A DNA stretch of 63,938 nucleotides, the filler included, from Squatina squatina (Eukaryota): the NCBI GenBank assembly GCA_031763465.1. It is 4 parts of 4 records of this genome, joined end to end, with 100 filler letters (N's around TTAATTAATTAA, not from the genome) between each part and the next. Parts side by side here need not be neighbours in the genome. Positions count along the whole stretch, not along the records: positions 17,208 to 32,002 come from JARFOE010000192.1; positions 32,103 to 51,636 come from JARFOE010000057.1; 2 more parts are not named here. One strand, written 5' to 3'. A program made the position numbers and the translations under genes. The notes under the pieces were generated by a model. It ran no database searches. It was not told where the DNA came from and was given only the letters and a program-made list of their open reading frames with translations. Positions within the stretch are counted from its first letter, which is position 1. Every line of letters begins with the position of its first letter. Shown in pieces: positions 23,322 through 33,908 of the stretch.

Positions 23322-23528
23322 CTTTTAGATGAGCACAATATAAAGGATCTCAATGTTCAGTGGACTCGGGCACAGATCGGTATTGTGTCCCAAGAACCTG
23401 TTCTGTTTGACTGCAGTATTGCTGAGAACATTGCCTACGGGGACAACAGCAGGGTCGTGTCGCAGGAGGAGATAGTGGCTGTAGCCAAAGCAGCAAACAT
23501 ACATTCCTTTATTGAAACTCTCCCTGAG
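23322..23528 (+). CDS. ABCB1: P-glycoprotein NBD2 (Q-loop) exon
   Basis: tttctccag|CTT...CCT GAG|GTAAGT, 207 nt. Translates [69 protein letters not shown]. Confidence 0.95.
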
Positions 23529-23977
23529 GTAAGTTTCTGCATGGTTGCACTCAGTATAATCATGTAGCAGTTCAGTAATAAATCCTGAAAAGAACAGCTT
23601 GCTTACCCTAAAGTGCTGGTGAGAGAAGCACATGTTGACTGTAAGACCAGCTGCTTATTGTAGAGGTTGGTAGCTTCCTTCTTGAAATTAGGGGGCAGGC
23701 ATTCAGTGGATCAGTGGGGTAAATTCCAAGGAATTGCATCCCTTTTATTGTAATACATTGTGTGTTACATGCTATAACATGCCTGTTGTAAAACAGCTCA
23801 AAACTGATTGCCACGATATTTAGTATATTAGTCTAATTCTGAAGTAGTGCCACTTTATACATGTCAATATGAAGTTANNNNNNNNNNNNNNNNNNNNNNN
23901 NNNNNNNNNNNNNNNNNNNNNNNNNNNNNNNNNNNNNNNNNNNNNNNNNNNNNNNNNNNNNNNNNNNNNNNNNNNNN

Positions 23978-24395
23978 GAAGCTGGGGTTGTTCTCCTTAG
24001 AGCAGAGCAGGTTGAGAGGAGATTTGATAGAGGTGTTCAAAATCATGAGGGGTCCAGGCAGAGTAGATAGAGAGTAACTGTTCCCATTGGTGGAAGGGCC
24101 GAGAACCAGAGGACGCAGATTTAAGGTAATTGACAAAAGAACCAAAGGTGACATGAAGAAAAACTTTTAAGCAGTGAGTGGTTAGGATCTGAGATGCACT
24201 GCCTGAAAGGATGGTGGAGGCAGACTCAATTGTGGCTTTCAAAAGGGAATTGGAAAAGTACCTGAAGGAAAACAATTTGCAGGGCTACGGGGAAAGGGTG
24301 GGGGAGTGGGACTAGCCAAGGTGTTCTTGCAGAGAGCCAGCACAGACCCGACGGGCCGAATGACCTCCTTCTTTGCTGTAACCATTCTATGATTT
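23978..24395 (+). mobile_element. CR1 LINE 3' end including tail
   Basis: KLGLFSLEQSRLRGDLIEVFKIMRG.., TRG.RFKV, then the 3' UTR ending gggccgaatgacctccttctttgctgtaaccattctatgatt. Confidence 0.9.
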
Positions 24396-24550
24396 GAAGG
24401 ATAAAGAACAGAAAGGAAAAGGATATGCCAGAAGTCATGATTCATGTCAGAATCGATGACAAAGGGAACAATATGATTTAAGCCATATGGAAAGTTCTGG
24501 AGATCAGAAGTAGATAAACAACACTTTTTTTCTTTGACTGACTCACTTAC

Positions 24551-24652
24551 ATCACAGTTTGAACCAAATGTTCCATTGGAATAACTGAGGCAATTGTAGG
24601 ACTTGTCACCCCATCGTATAGCTGGGTTTCCAGTTAGAGCTGATAAACATAT
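24551..24652 (-). CDS. CROT: Carnitine O-octanoyltransferase, internal exon
   Basis: ctttcag|ATA...TGT GAT|GTAAGT, 102 nt. ICLSALTGNPAIRWGDKSYNCLSYSNGTFGSNCD has the RWGDKS motif just before the catalytic His. Confidence 0.93.
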
Positions 24653-24945
24653 CTGAAAGCAGTAAACAATCAAAACACAAGATGGGCTGCTTCTTTATGC
24701 ATATGTACAATATCCAAATACCATATATGCTAAGTCAACGTAAACTCCTTTTCAATATAAATATATACTTTAGAGGCACACTGAAATCACAGGAAAATGG
24801 CAAGTAAACTACGAGGACAAAAAGAGATCTTTTGATTTTCTTTTTCTAAACTTGCTACAAAGAATTCAATCTGTTTTCATTTTGAAGCTCCATTCAGCAA
24901 AATCCAAAAATAAGCATCCTATACAGTGATAGTTCATGCACTCAC

Positions 24946-25071
24946 TTGAGAGTAATCTTCAGGCGTCGCATGGGGACTGGCATCATCCATTGATAGTACA
25001 AACAAGCAGCTCTGAATCTGTTCCAGTATAGTCAAATTTTTGGGATCCAAGCTAATTAGATATTCCCGTGT
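24946..25071 (-). CDS. CROT: Carnitine O-octanoyltransferase, internal exon
   Basis: ttgttgtag|ACA...TCT CAA|GTGAGT, 126 nt. Translates TREYLISLDPKNLTILEQIQSCLFVLSMDDASPHATPEDYSQ and splices in frame to 24652. Confidence 0.93.
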
Positions 25072-25269
25072 CTACAACAAAATGTTGAAATGAAAATCAT
25101 CCTGTCAGAATTTTTTTTTTTAAATAAAAAAAAACCTCTACCTCAAGAATTCTTCATGAAAAAGTTAAGNNNNNNNNNNNNNNNNNNNNNNNNNNNNNNN
25201 NNNNNNNNNNNNNNNNNNNNNNNNNNNNNNNNNNNNNNNNNNNNNNNNNNNNNNNNNNNNNNNNNNNNN

Positions 25270-25395
25270 GGTTGAGGGGAGATTTGATATAGGTGTACAA
25301 AAATTATGACAGGTTTGGATAAGGTAGACAAAGAAAAGCTCTTCCCCTTAGCTAATGGTGCAAGGACTAGTGGACATAGATTTCAGGTTTGGGCT
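25270..25395 (+). mobile_element. CR1 LINE fragment
   Basis: LRGDLI*VYKIMTGLDKVDKEKLFPL...RTSGHRF. Confidence 0.8.
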
Positions 25396-26096
25396 TACTA
25401 CCAACAAATATCACTTGTCCCCATCCAACAGAAGATGTGAAGATGGTAATGTGACAGCAGCACAGAGCTTCCTTGTTGTGAAATTCCTGAGCAAAGCTTT
25501 TCTCAAAGTTTGAGGACAGCTGCAGTATCAGCACAGGCCTCTGGCATCTTATTGTACTTACACTACCTTGCACCAGTGCCACTCGTGGCATGTGAAAAAG
25601 TAGGATTTGAAATAAAAACAAAGACTCCTAGAAGTTGATGAAATAAAATATGCATGGCAGTGTAATGGTGCAGAGCAATGCCACAGAATGGAGGCATGGG
25701 CCCTCGATCCTCCATACAGCGGAGTTCTTAATCTCAGCCATATCACTGAGGAGAGGAGTCAAGAGGAGGAAGAGTCATCACTCAGGCTGATCTCATGTGC
25801 TTCCTCGCAGTCCTTCTGAAAAATAATGGCCATAAGTCTGGCAGGTAAGTCACCTTTTCAGGTGTAGATGGTTCTAGAAAGGAGTAAACAAAAGGATGGA
25901 ATGGACAGAAAATGCCCTTAAAGACAATTACAGAACTATGCATGAATTAAAATAGAAAACATTTCAAAAATGTAAGCAAAACATTAAGATAAAAATCTGT
26001 AGACATCAGATAACCAGTGAGTAAATTAGTTGAAGCCGGCCAACTACACTATTTCATTATTATATTAATACTAACAGCATCTATGCTCCTGCTTAC

Positions 26097-26221
26097 CCAG
26101 TTTCTCCTAACTTTGGCCCTCTCCAGAAGCTTTTGATGCAGCTGTTTACCAATCCCTTGTCCAAATGTTTTAACAATTTCTGTACTTCTTTGAAGTTCTT
26201 CTTCATTCAAAAATGGCTTCA
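26097..26221 (-). CDS. CROT: Carnitine O-octanoyltransferase, early coding exon
   Basis: tgttttag|TG AAG...AAC TGG|GTAAGC, 125 nt. Translates KPFLNEEELQRSTEIVKTFGQGIGKQLHQKLLERAKVRRNW. Confidence 0.92.
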
Positions 26222-26539
26222 CTAAAACAATTTTTAAAAAATTCAACTGTAGAATTCAAACTAAACAATATTGACAAGGCTGCATAGTATAGGCTACAAC
26301 AAGTATTCACTGATTTCACAGCATAAAACTTAATACCCTTGAGAAATATGGGGCNNNNNNNNNNNNNNNNNNNNNNNNNNNNNNNNNNNNNNNNNNNNNN
26401 NNNNNNNNNNNNNNNNNNNNNNNNNNNNNNNNNNNNNNNNNNNNNNNNNNNNNNTGCTTATCCATTACAATATAAAATCATCCACATTTTGGAATTTGTA
26501 GAGACACTAATACCAATCATCAAACTCTTTAAATTTCAG

Positions 26540-26678
26540 TTTACTCTATACGTCTTCCTGGAAGGGAAACTCGATCTAAGGAGCCTTTTTCGCAGAACCT
26601 TCAGCAACTTATTGAAGAAATTACCAGCATCTTGCTGCCGAGCCTTAAAGAGAAGCCCTTTGCATTTTTTGGTCACAG
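26540..26678 (+). CDS. OLAH: Oleoyl-ACP hydrolase (type II thioesterase), exon ending in the GHS nucleophile motif
   Basis: aatttcag|TT TAC...CAC AG|GTATGG, 139 nt. Translates YSIRLPGRETRSKEPFSQNLQQLIEEITSILLPSLKEKPFAFFGHS. The ORF track shows a different frame. Confidence 0.92.
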
Positions 26679-27514
26679 GTATGGAACATAACGAACCAAG
26701 TATGGGTTTATCTTGGGCTACAAACAAGCAAACCATTTCAGCCAAGAAGAATTTTTTTCATGTTGTTAGATGGCTTACCATAACCAGTGTTTAAATCTGG
26801 TACCAGTGAATTTTGCAACTGATATTCAGTAAAATGCCAATTTTAAAATGCTTGTGTCTATTTGTTAGACTTCACTCATTGCAACAACAACCATAACCAC
26901 TGAGTAGTTCAGTTGATTGATTATTCCAAGGGAAAAATTAGGATTGTTTAATATAAAAATTAATACTTTTTAAACAAGTGTACTGCAAGTAACCAAATAT
27001 CAGCTTCAAACTGATCCTTGTCGAGCTAAATCACCCTTGCNNNNNNNNNNNNNNNNNNNNNNNNNNNNNNNNNNNNNNNNNNNNNNNNNNNNNNNNNNNN
27101 NNNNNNNNNNNNNNNNNNNNNNNNNNNNNNNNNNNNNNNNAAATTAAGTACGTTTGTGCAGTCTCAGTCATGTTCCTTGTAAGAATACAGCAAAACAAAA
27201 CGGACCATAATTTAGCACTAAATTGGTACTCAAGGATGGCTGGAGTGAGAAATGAAATAAGGTTGGAATTAAGGCACATTATTGGAGCAGAGTAAATAGA
27301 GCTGCATGTAATTTGTGCTGCAACTGATGAAAGTGATTACGGCTGACATTCTGGCACTAATATCCCACACCTTTATAACTATGAAAAATATGCAAAGTAT
27401 ACAAATGAATTTGCACTGTTTTTACCTGGTTCCACTTTTTTATATAAAGGTTTTATATAAAGGTTAACTGTTGAAATTACACTGGTAATTATTTCACCTT
27501 TTTCTCTAATTTAG

Positions 27515-27684
27515 TCTGTGGCTCGTTACCCCATCCAGAAGAGGTCGGACCTCCCAGATGATGAATTCTTGAAATGGATGACATCCATTGGTGGCACCCC
27601 ACCTGAAATTCTTACAAATGAAGACATTCTGCAACTGTTTGTCCCAGTTTTAAAAGCAGATCTTAGACTTGTGGAATTTATTAG
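27515..27684 (+). CDS. OLAH: Oleoyl-ACP hydrolase, internal exon
   Basis: ctaatttag|TCT...ATT AG|GTAAAT, 170 nt. SVARYPIQKRSDLPDDEFLKWMTSIGGTPPEILTNEDILQLFVPVLKADLRLVEFI has the TEII GGTP and LxADL motifs. Confidence 0.9.
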
Positions 27685-27876
27685 GTAAATCTGCGTAATA
27701 CATAGTAAGATTTGGATTAGAAACATAGCAAATAGGTGCAGAGGTATGCCATTCGGCCCTTCGAGCCTGCACCGCCNNNNNNNNNNNNNNNNNNNNNNNN
27801 NNNNNNNNNNNNNNNNNNNNNNNNNNNNNNNNNNNNNNNNNNNNNNNNNNNNNNNNNNNNNNNNNNNNNNNNNNNN

Positions 27877-29040
27877 GTCCAAACATGGACAATAGAGCTG
27901 AATTCTAGAGAATAGCTGAGAGTGTCTGCCCTTGACATCAAAGCAGCATTTAACCGAATGTGGCATCAAGGAGCCCTAGTAAAATTTAAGTCAATGGAAT
28001 CAGGGGGAAAATTCTTGACTGGCTAGATTTATACCAAGCACAAAGGAAGATGGTTTTGGATGTTGGATGTCAATCATCTTAACCCAGGACATCGCTGCAG
28101 GAGTTCTCAGGGCAGTGTCGTAGGCTCAACCATCTTCAGCTGCTTCATCAATGACCTTCCCNNNNNNNNNNGTGGAAGTTCGCTGATAATTGCACAGTGT
28201 TCAGTTCCATTTGCAACTCCTCAGGTAATGAAGCAGTCCATGCCCGCATGCAGCAAGACCTGGACAACATTCAGGTTTGGGCTGGTAAGCGGCAAGTACT
28301 GCACGTGCCACACAAGTGCCAGGTAATGACTTTCTCCAACAAGTGAGAGTCTAACCACTGCCCCTTGACATTCAACAGCATTACCATCACCGAATCCCCC
28401 AACATCCTGGCTGTTACCATTTACCAGAAACTTAACTGGACCAGCCACATAAATACTGCGGCTACAAGGGCAGGTCAGAATCTGTCTGCAGGGACTGTCT
28501 CACCTCCTGACTCCCCAAAGCCTTTCCATCTACAAGGCACAAGTCAGGCATGTGATGTAATACTCTCCACTCACCTGGATGAGTGCGGCTCCAACTACAC
28601 GCAAAGCTCGACATCATTTAGGACAAAGCAACCCACTTCACTGGCATCCCATCCACCATCTTAAACATTCACTCCCTGCACCATCGGCACACTGTGGCTG
28701 CAGTGTGTACCATGTACAAGATGCACAGCAGCAACTCGCCAAGGCTTCTTCGGCAGTACCTTCTAAATCTGCGACCTCTACCACCTGGAAGGATATCAGT
28801 CGCATGGGAACACCTGCAATTTCCCCTCCAAGTTGCACACCATCCTGACTTGAAAATACATCACCGTTCCTTCATCGTTGCTGGGTCAAAACCCTGGAAT
28901 GCCCTCCACAACAGCACTGTAGGAGTACCACACGGACTGCAGCGGTTCAAGAATGCAGGTCACCACCACCTTCTCAAGAACAATTGGGGATGGGCAATAA
29001 ATGCTGGCCTTGCCAGCGACGCCCACATCCCATGAATAAG
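27877..29040 (+). mobile_element. Second CR1-clade LINE family, RT through 3' end, degenerate
   Basis: ALDIKAAF.RMWHQGALVK and AGVL.GSV.GSTIFSCFINDLP...FADN. The 3' end is ...cagcggttcaagaa.gcag.tcaccaccaccttctcaag..caatt.gggatgggcaataaatgctggccttgccagcgacgcccacatcccatgaa. Confidence 0.85.
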
Positions 29041-29137
29041 TTTATATATTCTAAGTGACATCATTAAGTGTCAGCGAAACTTTCACTAATTGAAAGAATG
29101 AAAGCACGCACAAGTAATATCAAAGTTGTAATGATTT

Positions 29138-29143
29138 TTTATT
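29138..29143 (-). terminator. Candidate NMT2 polyadenylation signal
   Basis: AATAAA on the minus strand, followed by a GU-rich element (ttacttgtgcgtgcttt), about 1.65 kb downstream of the NMT2 stop. Confidence 0.5.
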
Positions 29144-30789
29144 AATTCAGACATCAAACAGTCATGCTGGTGACCTTAAAACATTACTGAAATCAAAAAG
29201 TACATTCTTCCTCTGGCAACATTTAAATCATGTTGGTCCTCCATTCCAGAACCGATTTAGGAATGGATAATTTCTTGCACACATTTTCTAGTGTGGGGCC
29301 TTTTCAGTGAAGCATGCATAGCGATAATAGTAAACTGTATGTAACCCGTCACTTGACCAGGCAAAGTTTTAAGCTGCTGAACAGCTAAACATGCTTTAAC
29401 AAACAAGGCCCAAATCCTTCCTCTTAACATAATTTGTGCAAAACACAACATAGAACAAAGCTTTCAGCTTTCACTTTTATTCTTTTTTTAAAAAAAACAA
29501 GTATTTCCCTTTGATTTAGTTTATTTATTGTCAGGTATTCACATGTGCAGTTTGTGCAAAAAAACACACACCTGACTCAATATCCAGGTATCTGGAGAAA
29601 AAGAAGTACCCAAATGTTCATGTGTAGAGAATGAAAAAAGATTTGGCAGGAGAAAGATGCTAATCCATCATGATTTTTCATTTTAAATCTACATTTATCT
29701 GCATGGTTGCCTCTACNNNNNNNNNNNNNNNNNNNNNNNNNNNNNNNNNNNNNNNNNNNNNNNNNNNNNNNNNNNNNNNNNNNNNNNNNNNNNNNNNNNN
29801 NNNNNNNNNNNNNNNNNNNNNNNNNNNNNNNNNNNNNNNNNNNNNNNNNNNNNNNNNNNNNNNNNNNNNNNNNNNNNNNNNNNNNNNNNNNNNNNNNNNN
29901 NNNNNNCTGGGCCACACCAGGTGGCATTTAAAAAAGCTTAAAAACTAAGTGACAAATAAAGCTTTGTCCCAGCCTTACATAAAAAAAATGTGGGGAATGC
30001 AGCCTTTCACAAATAAGCCATGAACACTATCTATGAGCAGCCAGATTGCATTGCTGACATTGAGGGTGCATATGGAATAGAGTGGGACACTTTCCAATTT
30101 ATCTGCATTGCTGGAGATTCTGGAATTTGCATGAATGCATTACTGCAAAAAATTCCCACACTGTCTTGCAAACGTGACACAATTGGGTAAAAATTCGTCA
30201 GTTTGTACCATAGATCCTTCAATGTTCCCATAGTGAACACTTAAAAAACACTGGTCAATAAATAGAAATCTGTCTGGCAGTACAAGACCACCTACTAGAT
30301 ATAACAGTAACAATTTTCTTCTTCACACAATTTACTACTGCACTTCATTCGTACAAAAGACTGAATTGTCATTCTGCAAAAGAAACCTCCAGTTCCTTGC
30401 TACTTAAGGTAGCAGCAACATGTTCTTTATGAAAGTCTAAATGTAGATCTGCCTCTTGAAATTAACAAAACAAAGTGCGTACAAAATCCTCTCAGGCATT
30501 TATGAGAATTCTCATTCAGATTGCAAATGGTTAATAGATAAAATTCTTCTTAGTGGTTTAAACTCCCAACAAAACGCCATGGAATTATGCAACACTTCAC
30601 TGCACAGTAAAATCAAATCCTAAAGAAGAATCAATGGTCTCTGTTCTGCTGAAAGCAAAACACAGTTAGAACTACTAGCTCCTTTTACAGAATTCTGTGT
30701 TGAGCTGGTAGATTTTTGTCACTGATCAAAGGCATGATATTGGACCCTGGGCTTCTATGAAGAGGCTTCTACAGAAGTAGTAGAGTGTT

Positions 30790-30810
30790 CTACTGTAGCA
30801 CTAGACCAAC
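30790..30810 (-). CDS. NMT2: N-myristoyltransferase, last coding exon
   Basis: tttccttttctgtag|GTT GGT CTA GTG CTA CAG TAG gives VGLVLQ*, the NMT C-terminus. Confidence 0.88.
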   Translation of the reverse strand, partial: VGLVLQ

Positions 30811-31384
30811 CTACAGAAAAGGAAATAAAAACTTTCAGTAAAGTAGGGGGAATATAGATAAGCTTTCTCCCCATTGTAATGGGAATGATTCATGCGGAAA
30901 GATTTGAATGCAGTAATTAAGGGAGACCTTCANNNNNNNNNNNNNNNNNNNNNNNNNNNNNNNNNNNNNNNNNNNNNNNNNNNNNNNNNNNNNNNNNNNN
31001 NNNNNNNNNNNNNNNNNNNNNNNNNNNNNNNNTGACACTTGAGTGAGTGCCAGTATCAAGCGCTCATAGATTTGAAAATGTGGAAAATGGCCATGTTGGG
31101 AAATAAGCTGTATATCAGCAAGGTACAATATGACCCCAGCTTGTAAGAGGTTCTAACCTACAACATAAACATATACACACATTATAAGAATTTTAAACAA
31201 ACACGTTACTTCATCTCTCAAAAGGTTAGAGAAAAATAAAAAAGGTATTCAATAATAAAAAAATGATGGCGACTTTACAGCAATCAAATTTTAGTACAGT
31301 AGTAAAAAGACACTCACAAATAAAACAGCCTAAGTGAAACAATTAAAGGATATTCAAAACAAATGGAATAGAATGAGAACCTAC

Positions 31385-31501
31385 ATTTCATAAATACGAA
31401 CATTGGCGGGAATGGCACTAATAAACCCAACTAATTTTCTGTTTGATGATACACGAACTCCACAGTGCCATTGTGGTAACCAGCCTGGAGGACGAAGAGC
31501 C
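31385..31501 (-). CDS. NMT2: N-myristoyltransferase, internal exon
   Basis: ttcttacag|G GCT...GAA AT|GTAGGT, 117 nt. Translates [41 protein letters not shown]2 is preferred over NMT1 because OLAH is adjacent. Confidence 0.93.
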
Positions 31502-31597
31502 CTGTAAGAATATGCATCTTTTAGATTAACAATCCTAATTAATCTTAAATTAATGTAAAAGTCACAAAAGGCAGCTTTAAGTGGAATTGTATACTCA

Positions 31598-31717
<120 letters not shown>

Positions 31718-32002
31718 TTAATTCAGAAACATAATATATTAATAATTTATGCCTCAAAGCAGTCATTGAATAACGCAATTTTTAGAATTTGTGAAAAATG
31801 TTCAGTATGCAGGTTTCATAACACCGGCCAGAAACTGTGATGCAAGTTCCAGTGTCATTTTTTTAAAATGGATAAATACTTTCCATGATGGCAGTTGAAA
31901 TGTATAATTATGTGAGCTTATGGCAAAAAAGTTGGGTATAGTCAAGCTTACTAACCTAGGCCAGACAGGGAAAGGGGCGCGCCAAATCAGTTTTTATTGT
32001 GG

Positions 32003-32102
32003 NNNNNNNNNNNNNNNNNNNNNNNNNNNNNNNNNNNNNNNNNNNNTTAATTAATTAANNNNNNNNNNNNNNNNNNNNNNNNNNNNNNNNNNNNNNNNNN
32101 NN
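32003..32102. other. Artificial scaffold linker N44-TTAATTAATTAA-N44
   Basis: Same linker, at 32047-32058. Confidence 0.95.
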
Positions 32103-32169
32103 GAGGCTCGTGTGGAGCATAAACGCTGGCACTTGTTGGAGCCATATGGCCCATTTCTGTACTGTAAAG

Positions 32170-32480
32170 TGGGTATGGTAGCATGGTGGTTATGTTACTG
32201 TATTAGACTGAGTTCAAATCCCACCAAGGCAGCTGGGGAATTTAAATTCCATTAATTAAATAAATCTGGAATAAAAGACTAGTATCAGTAATGGTGACCA
32301 TGAAACTACCGGATTGTTGTAAAATCCCATCCGTTCCTTTAGGGAAGGAAATCTGCTTTCCTTACTCGGTCTTGGCCTATATGTGACTCTTATATGTGGT
32401 TGACTCTTAACTGCCATTGAAGTGCCACTTGCTCAAGAAGGCGGCTCACCACCAGCAGTAAATGCCTTGCTGGTTTATGT
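32170..32480 (+). mobile_element. tRNA-derived SINE whose 3' end matches the LINE at 27877-29040
   Basis: A-box-like tggtagcatggtgg and B-box gagttcaaatccc. The tail tcaagaaggcggctcaccacca..gcagtaaatgcc matches the LINE 3' end. Confidence 0.75.
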
Positions 32481-33422
32481 CCACTGCCAGTAAATTAATT
32501 TTAATTTTTTTTTAATGCTTTATAACACTTTGTAAAATGGTGAAGCCCAGTGAAGGAGACTTCTTATCACTTCTTAGACACTGGCAAGGCCACATTTATT
32601 TTCCATTTCTAGTTTTCTGAGAAAGTGACACTGGACCTTCCTCTAACAATTGTTTTTACAGCTGAGTGGACATTAAGAGTCAACCACCTAATATGTGATT
32701 GGGAATCATGTGTAGGTTGGAAAAGTCATTATACACTCAATTTTAAAAAGACAATGGAAAGTACTTTACCTTCTCTCCAGTTACATCAGATATTATAAAA
32801 TGTGCCTAATTCCAAATGTTTTCAGTCCGTTTTCAGTCCAATTTTTCCAAAATAGACAATAGTACAGTTTTTTACAAGATGCCTGGTTTGCTGACCAGAA
32901 ATACCCAATATTTCAGAGATGCTTCCAATCCGTACCATTACAAAAACAATTTGGCATTATAGTGCTTTAGAAACTAGAAAACCCACTGATTAAAATCTTT
33001 TTGCTGTATTAAAGGCTATATATATTAATTTAGGGTTTGGAGACACCAGGTGTGGTTTTCCTGCAGCTCCCAGCCTGTAATTTCCCACCCATTAAAATGC
33101 ACAGTTGTAACAAGGTAGGCTGGGGAGTGAAGTTACACAAAATGCAGACCACTACCTCACTGAAGTCAAGCCTGCAAAAAAATATTGTCAAAACTTCAAT
33201 ACCAAATGATCTGTGTTACACAATCTTCAGTTTAGTTAGATGGTGACTCTACCTACTGGAATTTTTTTTAAAAAGTTACTGTATTTCAGTGACACCTAAA
33301 GTGTCTATTTTTACTTCTTTTTCAGAAGGCCACTTTAGATAATAGAGGTATAACATGTTTAAATGGAAGAATGCAACTTTAAAATAGTTATAGTCAATTA
33401 CTTTTTTTTCCTTTCTCTTTAG

Positions 33423-33908
33423 GCCCAACAGTCTGTATCTCAAGAGCGGAGTGTGAATCCTGCTCCACGCAGGCAACAGGCGTATGTCACGCCCACCCTT
33501 GCTCAGGCTCCCTACTCTTTTCAGCATAACAGTCCAACACATCCGGGGGTTCACCCCCACCTGACAGTGTCAGCTCCTACGCACCTTTCAGGACAACCCC
33601 ACATGTATACCTACACACCAACTGCTGCTGCCTTGGCAACTTCCAGTTCCATGGCCCATCTTCTGAACCAACAAAGCTCCTCCAGACATGCCATGCAACA
33701 AGCCACATACGCAGCTCATCCAACCAGTCTCCTCCAACAGGTGCCAGTCAGTATGGGCCCTAGCCTTCTGCCATCTGCCAGCGTTGCTCCTAGCCAGTAC
33801 CAGCATCCGTTCGCCACCCAGTCATACATTAATGCTTCCAGGGCTCCTACTCTTTATGCTGGCTATCCACTCAGTCCCACTAAAATAAATCAGTATTCTT
33901 ACCTGTAG
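33423..33908 (+). CDS. HIPK1: Homeodomain-interacting protein kinase 1, terminal coding exon
   Basis: ttctctttag|GCC CAA, open to TAG at 33908. Translates [10 protein letters not shown]...[15 protein letters not shown]...QPHMYTY...[17 protein letters not shown]. The QYSYL end is HIPK1-type, and OLFML3 and SYT6 follow as at human 1p13. Confidence 0.95.
   Translation, partial: AQQSVSQERSVNPAPRRQQAYVTPTLAQAPYSFQHNSPTHPGVHPHLTVSAPTHLSGQPHMYTYTPTAAALATSSSMAHLLNQQSSSRHAMQQATYAAHPTSLLQQVPVSMGPSLLPSASVAPSQYQHPFATQSYINASRAPTLYAGYPLSPTKINQYSYL

Noticed and set aside
27685-29100. Apparent loss of ACBD7 and RPP38 between OLAH and NMT2
   Set aside because: The gaps are of unknown true size and many known exons are also missing, so absence carries no information.
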